Origin: the human T2T-CHM13v2.0 reference genome, Homo sapiens
Assembly: GCF_009914755.1 (NCBI RefSeq)
Contig: NC_060938.1
Strand: one strand, 5' to 3'
DNA length: 64,000 nt
Position numbers and translations under genes: made by a program. How positions within the stretch are numbered: the first letter of the stretch is position 1; every line of letters starts with the position of its first letter. Below the pieces are notes generated by a model, which was given only the letters and a program-made list of their open reading frames with translations, made no database searches and was not told where the DNA came from. Shown here piece by piece: positions 19,561 to 38,540 of the stretch.

Positions 19561-19787
19561 CTAATGATTTTCCACGCATATATTTCATAGTCTCTTCTAT
19601 GGTCTATTATCTCAAGGTCTTAAAGTGCTAATTCTCTTGTTGTCTCTTATTGTATAATCCTTTATTATATCTGCTAATCATTCCTACATAAGATTTATAA
19701 CATTTAAAAAGTTATAAGGTCATCTTTACTGATGCTAAACTTTTTGGGAGGAATTTCATGCATTCTGGATTATGAAATTTGCTTCTA

Positions 19788-20463
<676 letters not shown>

Positions 20464-20657
20464 GTACCCCAGCCGTATTACTATCCTAAGACCTATTTTA
20501 CATTAATATGGGGATTCTTATACCATGCAGGGTTATGATTTATGAAGTCCAAACCTAGGATTTCAATTTTTTCTAGGAGGCTCCTTTTTTTCCATTTGAG
20601 TCCAGGCAAGCTTCTCTTTCTGCTTTTTCTTCTAGTTCTCTATTTCATGGATTGTAA

Positions 20658-21669
<1,012 letters not shown>

Positions 21670-22084
21670 TAAGTTAATCCACAGTCTCCCAGAACCAACC
21701 AGACCAACTGGTTTTTCTACTGATTTCAGGATATCTTACAAGTAACCAACATACTAAAATTTCCTATCATTTAAAACCACTTTTTGGTTGATTCTCTTGG
21801 GTTTTTCAGATAGATATCATCTGTAGAGACAAATATGAAAAAACTTTATTCTTGCTTTCCAACATTTACAATATTTATTTTTTTGTCCAACAGACCACTA
21901 CTTCTAACCCAGTGTTGAACACGGGTGTCTGAGAGCATCCTCGTCTTCCTCCCAAATTAACTGCATATGTTTCACCATTATGCATGACTCTGGGACAGTT
22001 TTTCAATCATTTAAACAATGTATTATGCTATTCCTATTATGCTAAGATTTATAAGGACTGAATAATAAATACTTTTTAAGGCTT

Positions 22085-24030
<1,946 letters not shown>

Positions 24031-24461
24031 GTTGCTATTTTTGTGCCTATTTGTTCTTTTCTTTTACCCAGACTGCTCATCTGCGATACTTTTTCATGTA
24101 TATTCATCAGCAGAACTGCTCTATTGTTTTCTTTTTTTGCACTATCTTTATTAAGTTGTTGTAGCAGGATTTTGTTAATGCTATAAAAGTATCTGAAAAC
24201 TGTCCATTATTTTCCTATATACTCTGGTATAGTTAAATAGCACAGGAATTACTCTTTGAGTGTTTGACAGAACTGACCTGTGAAACCATCTATATTAGTT
24301 CCTTTTAGATAAAGAGACAGTTTTTGGTTTTGTTTTTAACAGCTCTATTTTTTTAAGGTTTGGGGCCTATTCGACTTTTCTTTTCCTGCCTTAGTTAACT
24401 AGTAATGTATAGTTTCCTAGAATATTTACAGCTAATCTAAAATTTTAAATGTATTAGCATA

Positions 24462-24764
<303 letters not shown>

Positions 24765-26449
24765 GGTATTAGCATATACTCCAAGTATTCACATATCTTA
24801 ATTTCTTTGGGTTCTGTGGTTGGGTCTCCCCACTTTCTTATCTGTAGTATTATATACCTGTGCTTTCTTTCATTTTCCATATTAAGGCTCATTTCTACTA
24901 CTACCTTCAACTCAATCCCTCAATGTTTTCATTTTATATTAATAATAAAATGAGAAAGTAGAGCTTTATGATCTCTGAGTTACCTGTAGGATCTGAGGAA
25001 TGGATACAGGTTTCAAAGTATTTCCAATGGGCATCATTCTATCACTTAGCTTAATCAGTTCAATTGGTCACATATAGCTATTTATGCCAGCCAAAAAGAC
25101 AAAAAAAAAAAAAAAAAAAGGAAGACTTGGTAGAAGGGAACAAAATTATTTCATTTATGAACTATTATAGAAACGTGGAAATAGAAATAAGCTTTGTGTC
25201 TTATTAGACTATGAGAAAAACATGCCCACTGAAATAAACATTATTAAAGAGATCCCTTTTCTTCTCTGAGACACTATCTCGCTGAAGAATTGCAGCTGAT
25301 TTATGCTTAATGGCTAAAATATTTGACACTGGGACTTCTTTTGTTTGTATGCCTTTTCCAAACTCCTTCTGAGTAAGAAACTTTTATTCACAAAAATGTA
25401 CTTTAGAAAAACTAGTATGTGGAATTTCATTCTTAGATGAATTAAGTCATTTTTCCCTTTCTTGAAAAAATTATTTAAAAAATAGATTCCCTCCCCCTGC
25501 TTTCGTGATTTATCCATCACAAGAAATGCAGACCTCTGATGTGAGAGACTCTATAGTCAGCAGTTCCCAACATTAACAAAAGTGACATAATATTCATCAA
25601 GTTATAAGGAGCTTTACAGCATCTTAACACATACATACATAGCCTATGCTATATAGCAAACATAGTATGCAGATGCGCACAATACAGTAGCAAAACTTGT
25701 TTTGAGTCTTTAACCAAAGAGGAATAGTTAAATTAAAATGGGCTATTCTTTAACTATAAATTTGGACTACAATTCCATCTGAATAGACTGTATGACCTAA
25801 GCAGATGTGTTTAATCATGTAAGTTTAGAACTGAAAAAAATGTGAGATCCCAAAACTTTACTTTTCAAACGTGACATAAGGTGTCCAAAAAGTGAGTTAT
25901 ACAAGGTCATATAACTTAGTAAATTAACAGAGCCAGGAACAGAACTCTGCTCTTTTGATTTCTAGATCTATCTTCTTTCAACTACCTCACACAACCTCTC
26001 TGTTAAAGCTTACCTGCAACTCTCCTATTTAAGTCATGGTTTACAGTTTACTGTTATTACATATATTAACTTATCATTATTCTTCTTTAAAACAAAGAAA
26101 AGATGACAGAATTGGAGTACAGTTATTTTGCAACCCTTAATGAATAAACCCAGGCAAAGATCATGAAAGAACTACTGCTATTTTCATCACGAGAGAATGA
26201 TAATCAGCTATTGCGTGCCTTCTGGGGAATTAAATATAACCAAGCCTCTAAAACTAACTACCCATTCAAAAGAAGTAAAGAAAACAAAGGAACATGTTAA
26301 ACAAAATGAGTTTTGGGCATTCTCATCTTGCTAAGCAGAGAAGGATTAGATTTCAGGACCTACCAGAGGAATGGGCTACACTGAACACCCCAGGCTTTCA
26401 TCTGGAACAACTGGAAAAGTATGGCCTAGGAATGGAAGTAAATCAGAGG

Positions 26450-27685
26450 AAGACAGAGCCTTGCCAAAACTATAATCCAGCCTCAATTCTGTTAATACAA
26501 AATTTCACAAGGGCATTATTACAAGAAAGGAAACTTTACAGGCCAATCTGTCTCAAAAACAGATGTGAAGTTTCTGAACAAAATATTAGCAAACAGAATC
26601 CCTTAATATACTCAATAAATTCAGCTTGATCATGATGAGTACTAAGCTGAGTTTATTTCAGGAATGTAAAGTTGGTTGACTATTCAAAAAATCTAATCAG
26701 TGGAATAAACCAATTAACAATTAAGATAAAAATCATAATCATCTCGGCTAGGCATGGTGGCATGCGCCTGTAATCCCAGCTCTTTGAGAGGCTGAGGCAG
26801 GCAGATCACATGAGGCCAGGAGTTCAAGACCAGCCTGGCCAACATGGTGAAACCCTATCTCTACAAAATATACCAAAATTAGCCGGGCGTGGTGGTGCCT
26901 GCCTGTCTCAAAAAAAGCAAGACTCTGTCTTTAAAAAAAAAAAATCATAATCATCTCAATAAGTACACGAAAACTTTTGCTAAAGTTCAGTTTTCATTCA
27001 TAGTTTTAAAAATATATCTTAATTGCCCAGGCATGGTGCCTCACACCTGTAATCCCAGCACTTTGGGAGGTCAAGGTGGGCAGATCACTTGAGGCCAGGA
27101 GTTTGAGACTAACAAGGCAAAACCCAATCTCTACTAAAAATACAAAATTAGCTGGGAGTGGTGGTGCATGCCTGTAATCCCAGCTACTCGGGAAGGCTGA
27201 GGCATGAGAATTGCTTGAACCTGGGAGATGGAGGTTGCAGTAAGCCAAGATAGTGCCACTGCACTCTAGCCTGGGTGACAGAGCACAACTCTTGTCTCAA
27301 AAAAATGTATCTATATCTACATCTTAACTAAGAATAGAGGGGAACTTGCTTAATTTGAGAAACTGTGATAAGACTGAAAATGAGGCAAGAATACTTGCTA
27401 TCACCAATTCTACCCAGTGCTGTACCACAAGCTCTGCCCAGTGCAATGAGGCAAGAAAAAGAAATTATAAAAATTCAAATGGAAGATATACAACTGTAAT
27501 ATTCATAGACTATATTATTGTGTTAGTAGAAAAAACAAAGAAGATTCAAATAAAATACTATAATAACTGCATTTAGTAAGGTTGCTAGATCTAATTTCAA
27601 TATACAAAGTGGTTAATATTTTTATAACAGCAATAAGCAGAAAATTATATTTAAAAATTTACCATTTACAACAGCATCAAAACTG
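26450..27685 (+). mobile_element. Degenerate L1M ORF2 remnant with Alus (26746-26944, 27024-27305)
   Basis: aaaatattagcaaacagaatcc, tttatttcaggaatgtaaagttggtt, gcaatgaggcaagaaaaagaaat. Confidence 0.7.
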
Positions 27686-27944
27686 AATGCTTGATTTCAT
27701 CCCCCATTCACAAATCTACTCTTCTATCAACAGTCTTCCCCAAATTAATATATGGGAACTCCACCCTTCCAATTGCTCAAATCAAAAACATTGGTACAGT
27801 TCAGGTGCAGTGGCTCACACCTGTAATCCCAGCACTTTGGGAAGCTGAGGTGGGAGAATTGCTTGAGGCCAGGAGTTTGAGACCAGCTTGGACAACATAG
27901 TGAGACCCCCCCACCCCCAACCTCTACAGAAAAATTAAAAATCA

Positions 27945-28082
<138 letters not shown>

Positions 28083-28470
28083 TTAAAAAACAAGCAAAGA
28101 AAAAAAAAAAGTTAACTTATCGTTCTCTTGTGACACTTTACAAATCTATCAATAAATGATATCAGCTCTACCTACAAAATATATCCAGAATCTGACCCTG
28201 TCTTACCACTTCCTCTGCCATCTCCCTAACATAAGTCACATCATCTTTCATCTGGATTTTTGTAAAAGCCTCTTAAATTATCTCTTTGTTATCACCCTTG
28301 CTCATCTATAGCTGATTCTCAGCACAGGAGCCAGAATGATCCTTTTAACATATAAGTTGTATAATCCCACTCCTCTGTTTAAAACTCTCCAATAGCTTCC
28401 TAATTATTTCCTTTTATTCATTATGAATAAGAGCCAAAATCCTTACAATGGTCTTTATAAGGCCCTACAC

Positions 28471-29090
28471 CAGTAGTTTGTCAATGGGGAGTGTTTAGAA
28501 AATGTATGCGGGCATTTTTGGTAACAATGACTGGGAAAATTATTCCTGGGTAGCGGATGAGGGCCCATGGATGACAGCTATCTGGCTTCCTGTTTGACAT
28601 CTGAATGTCCTACTGGACTTTCACTTAGAAACTTACTCATAATTATTTTAGATTAGATGTAACTCCACTTTACATATAAACACACAGTATTTTTTGCACA
28701 AATTGCTGTGTCAATCAAAGGAAGGTTGTACTTTGATAAGAATTTTATCAGGAGTTGTTTACCACTTCAGAAAATAACATCACCATTTACAATCCACTGT
28801 GGTATATGAGTTACCAACACATCATTTCTGTCTACATTTGCAGGTATCTTACCCACTGCAATTCTCTGTAAAAGTGTACTACTTTAGGTCTTCTAGTATT
28901 GTTAGGGCCATTTACGTACTGGATATAATTTCATCTAAAATTTGTTATTTCTTCTTTATATACTTAATTATGTAAGCATAGGTAGGTTATACTATGTATG
29001 CATTTCATTTCAGATAGTATAAGGAATACTGTAGCATGTTTGTAGTGAAAATGTAGGTGATAGGGCTGACAGTATTGAAAAGTACTAAAC
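28471..29090. mobile_element. hAT-Charlie element (MER20B-like)
   Basis: cagtagtttgtcaat start; ttacatataaacacacagtatttt internal motif. Confidence 0.55.
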
Positions 29091-29368
29091 CAATGGTCTG
29101 GTATCCTGTTACTTATCTAATCTCATCTCATCTCTGCCTGTACCTTTTGCTCTAAACACACTGGCCTCCTTGCTGTGCTTCCAATATACCAGGCACTCTC
29201 CTGCCCCAGAGCCTTTGTACTTGCCATTCCTTCTGCTTACAACCTACTTCCCTCAGGCAACCTGAAATGCTTGCTTTCTCACTTTCTTTGTGTATTTGCT
29301 CAAAAGTTACTTTTTCAGTGAGGGATTTCCTAACCATCCCATTTTTTGTTTTTGTTTTTTGGTTTTAA

Positions 29369-29503
<135 letters not shown>

Positions 29504-29564
29504 TAAATTGTAACCCCTGCCACACACACTCCCTTCATACTTAACCCTCACCCACAACCCCTAT

Positions 29565-30247
29565 CGTTTTTTGTTTGTTTGTTTTTTAGAACTGGCAAAG
29601 GCTATTTATTCAGAGCTTGCTAGCAATGAGGTTAGTTTGGTAGAAACTGGAGGGCAGGCAGAAGAGTGGAAAACCTTCACAGGGCAGGCTCCAGGAATGT
29701 CTAGATGGAGGCTGCTGGCCTGGGGAAGTTGGTGACAGACACTCAAGGCAGAGCATCCTATGTGACTAGCGGGGGATGGAAGTGGTGGGGGGGACACACT
29801 TGGCTTTCTCTGGTTGGTCCAGAGTTGGAAGCAGGCACAGAGATTAGGGAAGCTAGCAGTTACTGATTAGGCTCTGGCCATTTGAGGCCAAATGTTATAG
29901 AAGTGATTGTTTAGCCATCTGACTACACACTTGGCCTCTCACTGGCAGGATGCTGGGCCCTGGCTGCCAGTTTCTGCAGTTCCTTGCTGCCTCCTATGTG
30001 TAAACGAGCTTTCCAACCTTGAGAATAGTAGATTACGAAGACAGAGACTTACTTTGGATGGCCAACAGTAGCCCAGTGACCTCATGTCCCATGGGCCTCA
30101 GCTTCCCCACCTGACAAACGAGCAGTGGGGACATCCACTGATGCCCAAACACCAACCCCACCCCAGGCAAACTGCGCCATCTGGCCCAGTGGCTGTTTAC
30201 CTCAGGCTTTCCCCTCCCCCAGTGTGCCTGTCTCACATGCCTTGTCT
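29565..30247 (-). pseudogene. Orphan polyadenylated retrocopy ending in an LTR-like (MER76-like) segment
   Basis: T-rich tail 29567-29587, AATAAA(-) 29605-29610, flanking repeat cacaacccctat / cacaaccctaat, GC-richer than surroundings. Confidence 0.6.
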
Positions 30248-30591
30248 CACAACCCTAATTCCCTTTGAACATACCAGATACTTTACATATTTACTTATTC
30301 ATAGTCTAATACCCACTAGGATGTAAGCGTAGTGCAAGGATTTTGTCTGTTCTCTGCTTTGTTGTTTGCTGTATTTGCAGTACTTAGAACATTGCCTGGT
30401 ACACAGCAGACTCCATAAATATCTGCTAAATACATCAATGAATTATCGGTCTCATAGAGAAGAAAATGTAGCACATTACTTAGCTCTATACTAAACAATA
30501 TTAAAAGTCATAATAATGAAAACTTTTACAATAAACTCAAGACACAGAATAGGAGATTTAATTAATGGCTATAGGACAGAATGCAAATGAC

Positions 30592-30961
30592 TGATATGGT
30601 TTGGCTCTGTGTCCCCACTGAAATCTCATCTTGAATTGTAATCGCCATGTGTCACGGGAGGAACCTGATGGGAGGTGACTGGATTATGGGGGCAGTTTCC
30701 CCCATGCTGTTCTCGTGATAGTGAGTCTCATGAGAGCTGATGGTTTTAAAAGTGGCAGTCTTTTTCCTGTGCTCACACTGAGCTGCTCTCTCCTGATGCC
30801 ATGTGAAGATGGTCCTTGCTTTCCCTTTGCCTTCCATCATGATTATAAGTTTCCTGAGGCCTCCCCAGCCATGTGGAACTGTGAGTCAATTAAACCTCTT
30901 TCCTTTATAAATTACCCATCTTAGGTATTTCTTTATAGCAGTGTAAGAATGGACTAATACA
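30592..30961 (+). mobile_element. THE1 (D-like) MaLR solo LTR
   Basis: tgatatggtttggctctgtgtcccc...ggactaataca; TSD atgac/ctgac. Confidence 0.9.
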
Positions 30962-31834
30962 CTGACCTACATAATGTTACAAATAAAAGGAAAACAGCAG
31001 ATATAAGTTTGAAGGTAAGAGAGTAAGGCGTTTTAGTATTTTTATTTTACGTGGTGGGGAATCAAGATATACTACCTAAAGTTAACGGAACAATAAATTT
31101 ATGAATATAGGATACCAACAGTAGAACTAAAAATAATAATTTAATTCCAAAAATCTAGGTGGAAAAGGGTCAAAGGTAGAAGGATGTGTGGGTTAAGTCA
31201 TCCTTTCTTTTTAGAGAACAGTAGAAAAATGGGTAAATTAAGAGTAGTCAGTAAAACTGTATTATTTTTTAAAAATTAAAACATTACCAATGGTAAAAGC
31301 ACAAACAAAAATGGTTAAAAGTGTCACTATAGAATGGAAATGGGGTAGGAAAAGTGTTGATTGATTGATTGATGAGGTCTGCTATGTTGCCGAGGCTAAG
31401 TACAGTACAGGTAGGATCACAGACCCCTATAGCCTCGAACTTCTGGCATCAAACAATCCTTTTGCCTCAGCCTCCAGAGTACCTGGGATTACAGGTTACC
31501 ATGCCTGTTGTTTTGTTACCACAAACTTGTATTACTTTGATTAAAAAATATTTTAAAGTTTAAACTATATTCAACATTGTTTAATAAACAATTTTTAAAC
31601 TGTCATGAGTGATAGTTTTATATTATAAAACTACAATATAGTACTTAGGGAGAGAACCCTCTAGAGCTAAAGCTACTAGAGTTCAAATCCTACCTTCAAA
31701 TAATCAGATATTCCAACTATTCCCTTACAACATCATGTAACAGAAATCTTACTGCATACTAGGCCACAAAGAAAATAAGTCCTTAAGAGTTACTAAACGA
31801 AGTTGAACTTCTCTCAAATACCTCATTGCTCTGA

Positions 31835-32098
<264 letters not shown>

Positions 32099-32649
32099 TA
32101 ACCTTACTTGATTTATTTCATTGGTACTACACATGGCTGACATTAAGTTTGGATCACTACTTGTCACACAGAGTTATCTTCCAAAAAGTTACACTGTGAG
32201 GCAGCTTTGAAATGAAACATTATTGTAGGTGCAGAAGATTGTCACACAGGCAATAAAATTATAAGCACTGGAAAATGTCCTATCTGGGATAAACAACAGA
32301 ATTTTTAATACCAGAACAGGTTGGTGTGGTCAATGCCTATCAGTCAGGTACCAAACATCTATCAAAAGCTTCAGGCCAACATTCAAGAGAAGATATTTAA
32401 TTTCTAGTATTAAAAATTCAATGAAGGAAAAAACATGCAGATAAAACCTTCAGTATTCAGTTGGCATCTAACCAATAACAGCAGCAGCAGCAGCAACTAA
32501 CGTTTATTGTGCACTCATCACGTACCAGGCAGTGCTGTGTTTTTAATGTACTGTATTTACTCACTCAACTCTCAGAACACTTGCACACAGCTAATAAGAG
32601 CAAAGCCCAAATTCAAACTCAAGTTGTATAGCTTAAAAGTGTATGCTTT

Positions 32650-32925
32650 GTTTGCTTTGAGACAGGTTCTTACTCTCTCACCCAGTCAGGAGTGCAGTGA
32701 TGCGATCATGGCTTACTGCGGCCTCTACCTCCTTACCTCAGCCTCCTGAGTAGCTGAGACCACAGTCACATGCCACCATGTCTGGCTAATTTTTTCTGTT
32801 TTTTTTTTTGTAAAGATGGAGTCTCCCTATGTTGCGGAGGCTTCAAACTCCTGGGCTCAAGTGTTCCTCCTGCCTTGGCCTCCCAAAGTGCTGGGATTAC
32901 AAGTGTGAGCCTCTGTGCCTGACCA
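32650..32925 (-). mobile_element. Alu (J-type); monomers also at about 31370-31507 and 31870-31992
   Basis: Antisense Alu; TSD aaaagtgtatgcttt / aaaagtatatgcttt. Confidence 0.88.
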
Positions 32926-34775
32926 CAAAAGTATATGCTTTTAAAGTGTTCCAGATACCAGTCTAGGATTTTATTACAGAGCCACTGAAGAACATGAGGT
33001 AGGTAAGTGACAAGACCATATCTGCAATTAGGAAGATCACTACTACAACACTGAGATAACAGTTTGGAGGAGAGACAGATTGGAAGCAAGAGTAGTAGAG
33101 TTCTTGTAATGGTCTAAGGGGGAAAAAAAGATAAGGACCTGATTAAAGTAGTGGCAGTAGGAAAATGAACAAGAGGACAAAAAGGATAGATATTTAAGAA
33201 GAATAAATATGATATAGTAACTACGGTTGACATTGTTAGTTGCCTACATGACAGGCATTCTTTCAACCAGCTTCCCCGCTGGAAGAACCTACCTCCCTTG
33301 ATGGCACAGGCTGAAAATACAAAGTAATCGCTTCCTTAGCTTTCCTCACAACTATGGCTTGGGCATTTTATTCTAATCCTAGTCAGTGGGAATTAGTGGG
33401 AAGTCTCTGTGTGTATGTATGTAACGGGCTGCCTTATCCTAATACAAAAAACATTTGCTTCTTTATTCTGTCATTTGATACTAATGAGTGAAGGTACATA
33501 CTCTTTAATTGGGTTGCTGGTTCCTGTTTGTTAATATTTTATCAAGAGCTTTGTGTTGATATCTCTAAATTAATTTAGCCTGTAGTCTCCTTTTTGGATG
33601 CTATCAAGTTTTGAAATACTATGTATGTAAAAAGAATTTATAGGCTTATAAAAGAAACTTATAAAGCTTTAGGAAACAGATAAAGCATCAATTTTGTCTT
33701 TGTAGTAAAGCTTTAATAGTATTCGTGTGAAATGATCTGGGCCTGGTGCCTATGTTAGGGGTTGGGGGTTGCCTAAGTTGGGGATAGAAGATAAGGTACC
33801 TCTTTAATATCTTATGGTATTTCTTCTACATGAATTGTTCTATCTATATTTTCAATTTGTTTTAGAATCAGTTTTTGTCATTTATATAACCTAAGAGTAT
33901 TACCAACTTTATCTATGTTTTCAAGTTTATTTGTATAATAAAAATTTAAATTTTCAGTCTGTGATTATTTTCCCACTTTATTTTTTATTTTGTGCATCTT
34001 TGCTTTTATCTTGATAAATTATATTCAGCTACTTCTAATTTGGCATAATACTTTGCACCAAAATCTTCTGAAATCACAGGTTATTACATTTTACATGGTA
34101 GGTCAGCCACTGGATCAGAACTTGCCTCTGAGAAATACTGAAATAATAAGAGCTCTACTTTCTGTGCTATGGCTACATGGCTACACACAAAATAAGAAAT
34201 GCTTGTTATTAAAATACTAAAAATACTATCTGTTCTAATTTCTAGCACAATGGCAGTCCTTATCTCAGAAAGGTGTGGTCTCCAAAACCATTTGGCAAAT
34301 CACTTAATAGAGCAAAATGTTGGTTTAAGCGGTAAACACATGCATTTCTAGCATCCATATGCTCAATTCTCCATCTGGTCTATCCTATTTATACATGTTG
34401 GCACAATTCCTAGTAACAACTGAGTAAGTGCTTTATATCCCTAAACCAAAGGGATAGGAAAGCCCTTCCATCTTATTTAACAGTGAGTTAAAATAATGAG
34501 ACCAAATAACATAAGTATGAATCCTACATTCAGCCCCTTAATCTCTATCTCTCCAAATCTGAAGAATGACCTCCAGAATTTACCCAATAGAAGATCCACT
34601 TCAGCATGCCATATGTTCTACATAATCTGGTAAGATTTTAATTACAAGTTAAATGATTAGCTAGGATTCTACCAATTTATTAACAATCAAAAATAATACC
34701 AGCATTAAAAAATATGTTAGTAGACAATTACAGGTAGATTCTTAGTATATTACTTTAATTGATGAAGCATACTGT

Positions 34776-35309
34776 TTAAATCCAGCAATCCCATTACTGG
34801 GTATATACCCGAGGGAATACAAATTGTTCTACCAAAAATACACATGCACTTTTATGTTCATCACAGCACTATTCACAATAGCAAAGATACGGAATCAACG
34901 TAGATGCCCATCAGTGGTGGACTGGAAAAAGAAAATGTGGTATGTATATACCATGGAAAACAATAAAGTCATTAAAAAACCTGAAATTATGTCTTTTGCA
35001 GCAACATGGATGCAGCTGGAAGTCATTATCCTAGCGAATTAACACAGGAACAGAAAACCAAATATCTCATGTTCTCACTTATAAGTGGGAGCTAAACAGT
35101 GAATACACATGGATACAAAGATGGGGAACAACAGACTCCGGAGCCTACTTGAGGTGGGAGGGTGATGGTCGAAAAACTACCTATCAGGTACCATGCTCAC
35201 TACCTGGGTGATCAAAGCATTTGGACACCAAACCCCAGTGACATGCAATTTACCCATGTAACAAACCTGCACATGTACTCCTGAATCTAAAATAAAAGAT
35301 TTAAAAAAA
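34776..35309 (+). mobile_element. L1PA15/16-like 3' end
   Basis: ccagcaatcccattactgggtatatacc...catgttctcacttataagtgggagct...aacaaacctgcacatgtac...aataaaa. Confidence 0.9.
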
Positions 35310-35310
35310 T

Positions 35311-35928
35311 CAATAGTTCTCAAAATTTTTGGTCTCAGGACTTAATTACATTGAGGATCCCAAGGAGTTTTTTGTTTATGTCAGTTATAGCTACTAATAA
35401 TTGCTGTAGTAGAAATTAAAAATAAGAACATTTGGCCGGGCACAGTGGCTCAAGCCTGTAATCCCAGCACTTTGGGAGGCCGAGGGTGGATCATCTGAGG
35501 TCAGGAGTTCGAGACCAGCCTGGCCAACATGGTAAAACCCCAGCTCTACTAAAAATACAAAAATTAGCCGGGCGTGGTGGCAGGCACCTGTAATCCCAGC
35601 TACTCAGGAGGCTGAGGCAGGACAATCACTTGAACCCAGCAGGCAGAGGTTGCATTGAGCCGAGATCGCACCAGTGTACTCCGCCCTGGGGGACAAGAAC
35701 GAGACTTCATCTCAAAAAAAAACCAAAAAAACAAAAAAATTTAAAGATATTTAATTCATTTTAAAATAATTAACTCCATTGTGTGGTAACTTGAATAGCA
35801 TATTTCTAATGAAAAATAACTATATTTTCCAAAACAAAGAAATTTAGTGAGAAGAGTGGCATGTTGTGATTTAATACTCGGCTTAGAACTCTTGAAAAAG
35901 TTCTGGGATCTCACTTTGAGAAGCACTA
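35311..35928. mobile_element. Charlie1-family hAT remnant with inserted Alu (35433-35740 +)
   Basis: caatagttctcaaaatttttggtctcaggac ... cactttgagaagcactag inverted ends. Confidence 0.65.
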
Positions 35929-36002
35929 GATTAAGTTTCCTATGGGTAATATTTCATTTGTTACATTAAAATCCCTTCTCCATTAAAAAAATTATCTCTG
36001 TA

Positions 36003-36302
<300 letters not shown>

Positions 36303-38200
36303 TTTATCTCTGTTATACCAGCAGATAGAATTGCAAGACGAGCTCTGAAACCTACTTTAATTAATCATTACTGTTACCAATTATATAGATACTAATATAT
36401 TTAAATATACACAGTGAAGATGAAACCAGCCGCAGTTGCACTTTATTATGGCTAGTAATGGCTCATGTTTCTATAAGCTTCTCTCTCCTATTCTCTAGCT
36501 ATTTCATTGTCCTCAAAATCCAGTTCCTCAACTTCTCTATATCTGTCTTCACTTCCTATTTCCTTGAGAAAATAAGTCTTCAGAATAAAATTCCATCAAT
36601 CTCAAGCCACTAATACCACAAACTGAGGTGAATTTCCAGCCTATTTTCCACCTTTGCTCCTGTTAAAATAGAAGCAGCATTCTTCCTTCATTTTAAAACT
36701 AATCCGTTCTCTACATGCTTCTTTGTAAAAAGCATTTAATTATGCTCAAGTAGTTCCCATCTTAATAACAAAACACAAAAGGAAATCACAGGTGATTTAT
36801 TAACTTTGTTTTTTATTTTTTAGAGACAGGGTCTTGCTTTGCCATCAAGGCTGGGGTGCAGTGGCGTGATCACTGCAGCCTCTACCTTCCAGGCTCAAGT
36901 GATCCTCCCACTTCAGCCTCCCAAGTAGCTGAGACTTATTCACTTTAAATGAGTACACTTCATGGTATGTAAATTGTCTCTAATAAATCTGGTTTTAACC
37001 CCCCACCCCACACTCACATGTTCCTTAACCTCACACTATCTTTGCTACTACTCTGCTTTTTGAAGATAAACTTTTATTCAAAAAATTTTAACAGCTTTAC
37101 TGAAATATATTTATATAAGAAACTGTACATATTTAAACTCTACAGTTTGCTGAGTTTTTCAAATATGTATATACCTGAGAAACCATCACCACAATCAACA
37201 ACAAACACAGCCACCACCACCAAAGTTTCCTTATGCCCCATGTAATTCTTCCCTTCCACCACTCCCCCATCCTTATACAACATTTTCAGACAAGCTTGAA
37301 TTAGATTTGTTGTCTCCTTCCTTATTTTGCATCCATTCACTCCTCAATCTGGATTCTATACTCAGGATTGCACTGCAAGTGCTGTCATTATCATCAAAGT
37401 CACCAAGACTTTCAAGTTTTTAATCTAATGAGGTTTCATTTCTCACTTGATCTCTTTACAACATTTGACCACTTTCTCCTATGTTGAAACTTTGGTTTCT
37501 AAGACCATACTCTCCAGGTTTCCCTTCGATCTCTTTGGCAATTCACTCTCACTCTCCTTTGAACAAGCCTATTTCACTGCCTGTCCCCTCTATGTTGGTA
37601 TTCTTCAAAGGTTTGTTCTAGGCCATCTTCTCTCTTTCCCTAGGCAATCTCACCCACCCACAACTTTAATTTATGTACGGTCAGTCCGCATCATTCAAGG
37701 ATTTGGCATCTGTAAATTTACCTACTCACTAAAATACATTTGTAACCCCCATATCAAAACTCATGGTGTTTTCTTGGTCAGTGAGGATCTGCATGTGCAT
37801 GTCCCATAGCAACTTCAAAAGGAACTCATTTTCTCTACTCCCAAATTTGTTATTCCTTAGTGAGTGCCCCCAACACCCTACCAGTTGCCACCATGGAAAA
37901 CCTTGTATTCCAAGCTCACTGGTCTCTAAGGCAAGGCAGAATGAGGCATCTTTTGCCCTGCTATATCTGACTGAGGAAATGCATCTACCTCGAGAATATG
38001 GAAAATACATTCCAAATTCTGATTCTCCTATTGTACTCTGGGAGTCAGTTGTATATAAGTGTATGAGTTGGGGAGGGAAGGAGTGACACAACATAGCAGA
38101 GACACTGAATGTCCTACAGAAAGGATTTCAAAAAGCCATTTGGAAAGGACAAAACAAAACGCACTCTAAATAAGCTGCCCTCCCTGCACAGTCTCTAAAG

Positions 38201-38540
38201 CAGAGGTCCCCAACACCAGGGGCCATAGCCCAATACTGGTCGGTGGCCTTTTAGGAAATGGGCCACACAGCAGGAGGTGAGCGGAGGGCGAGCAAGCATT
38301 ACTGCCTGAGCTCCACCTCCTATCTCATCAGTGGCAGTGTTAGATTCTCATAGGAGCGCGAACTCTATTGTGAACTACCCACGTGAGGGATTTAGGTTGT
38401 GCGCTCCTTATGAGAATCTAAGGCCTGAAGTGGAACAGTTTCCTCTCAAAACCACCTGCCCCAGCCCCCTAACCCCAGGCCATGAAAAAATTATCTTCCA
38501 CGAAACCAGTCTCTGGTGCCAAAAAGGCTGGGGACCACTG
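38201..38540. mobile_element. MER1B (hAT-Charlie) MITE, complete
   Basis: cagaggtccccaac...ctggggaccactg TIRs; perfect 8-bp TSD ctctaaag at 38193-38200 and 38541-38548. Confidence 0.9.

Noticed and set aside
26294-26629. 111-aa ORF on +
   Set aside because: Overlaps degenerate L1 sequence; no intact RT or endonuclease motifs
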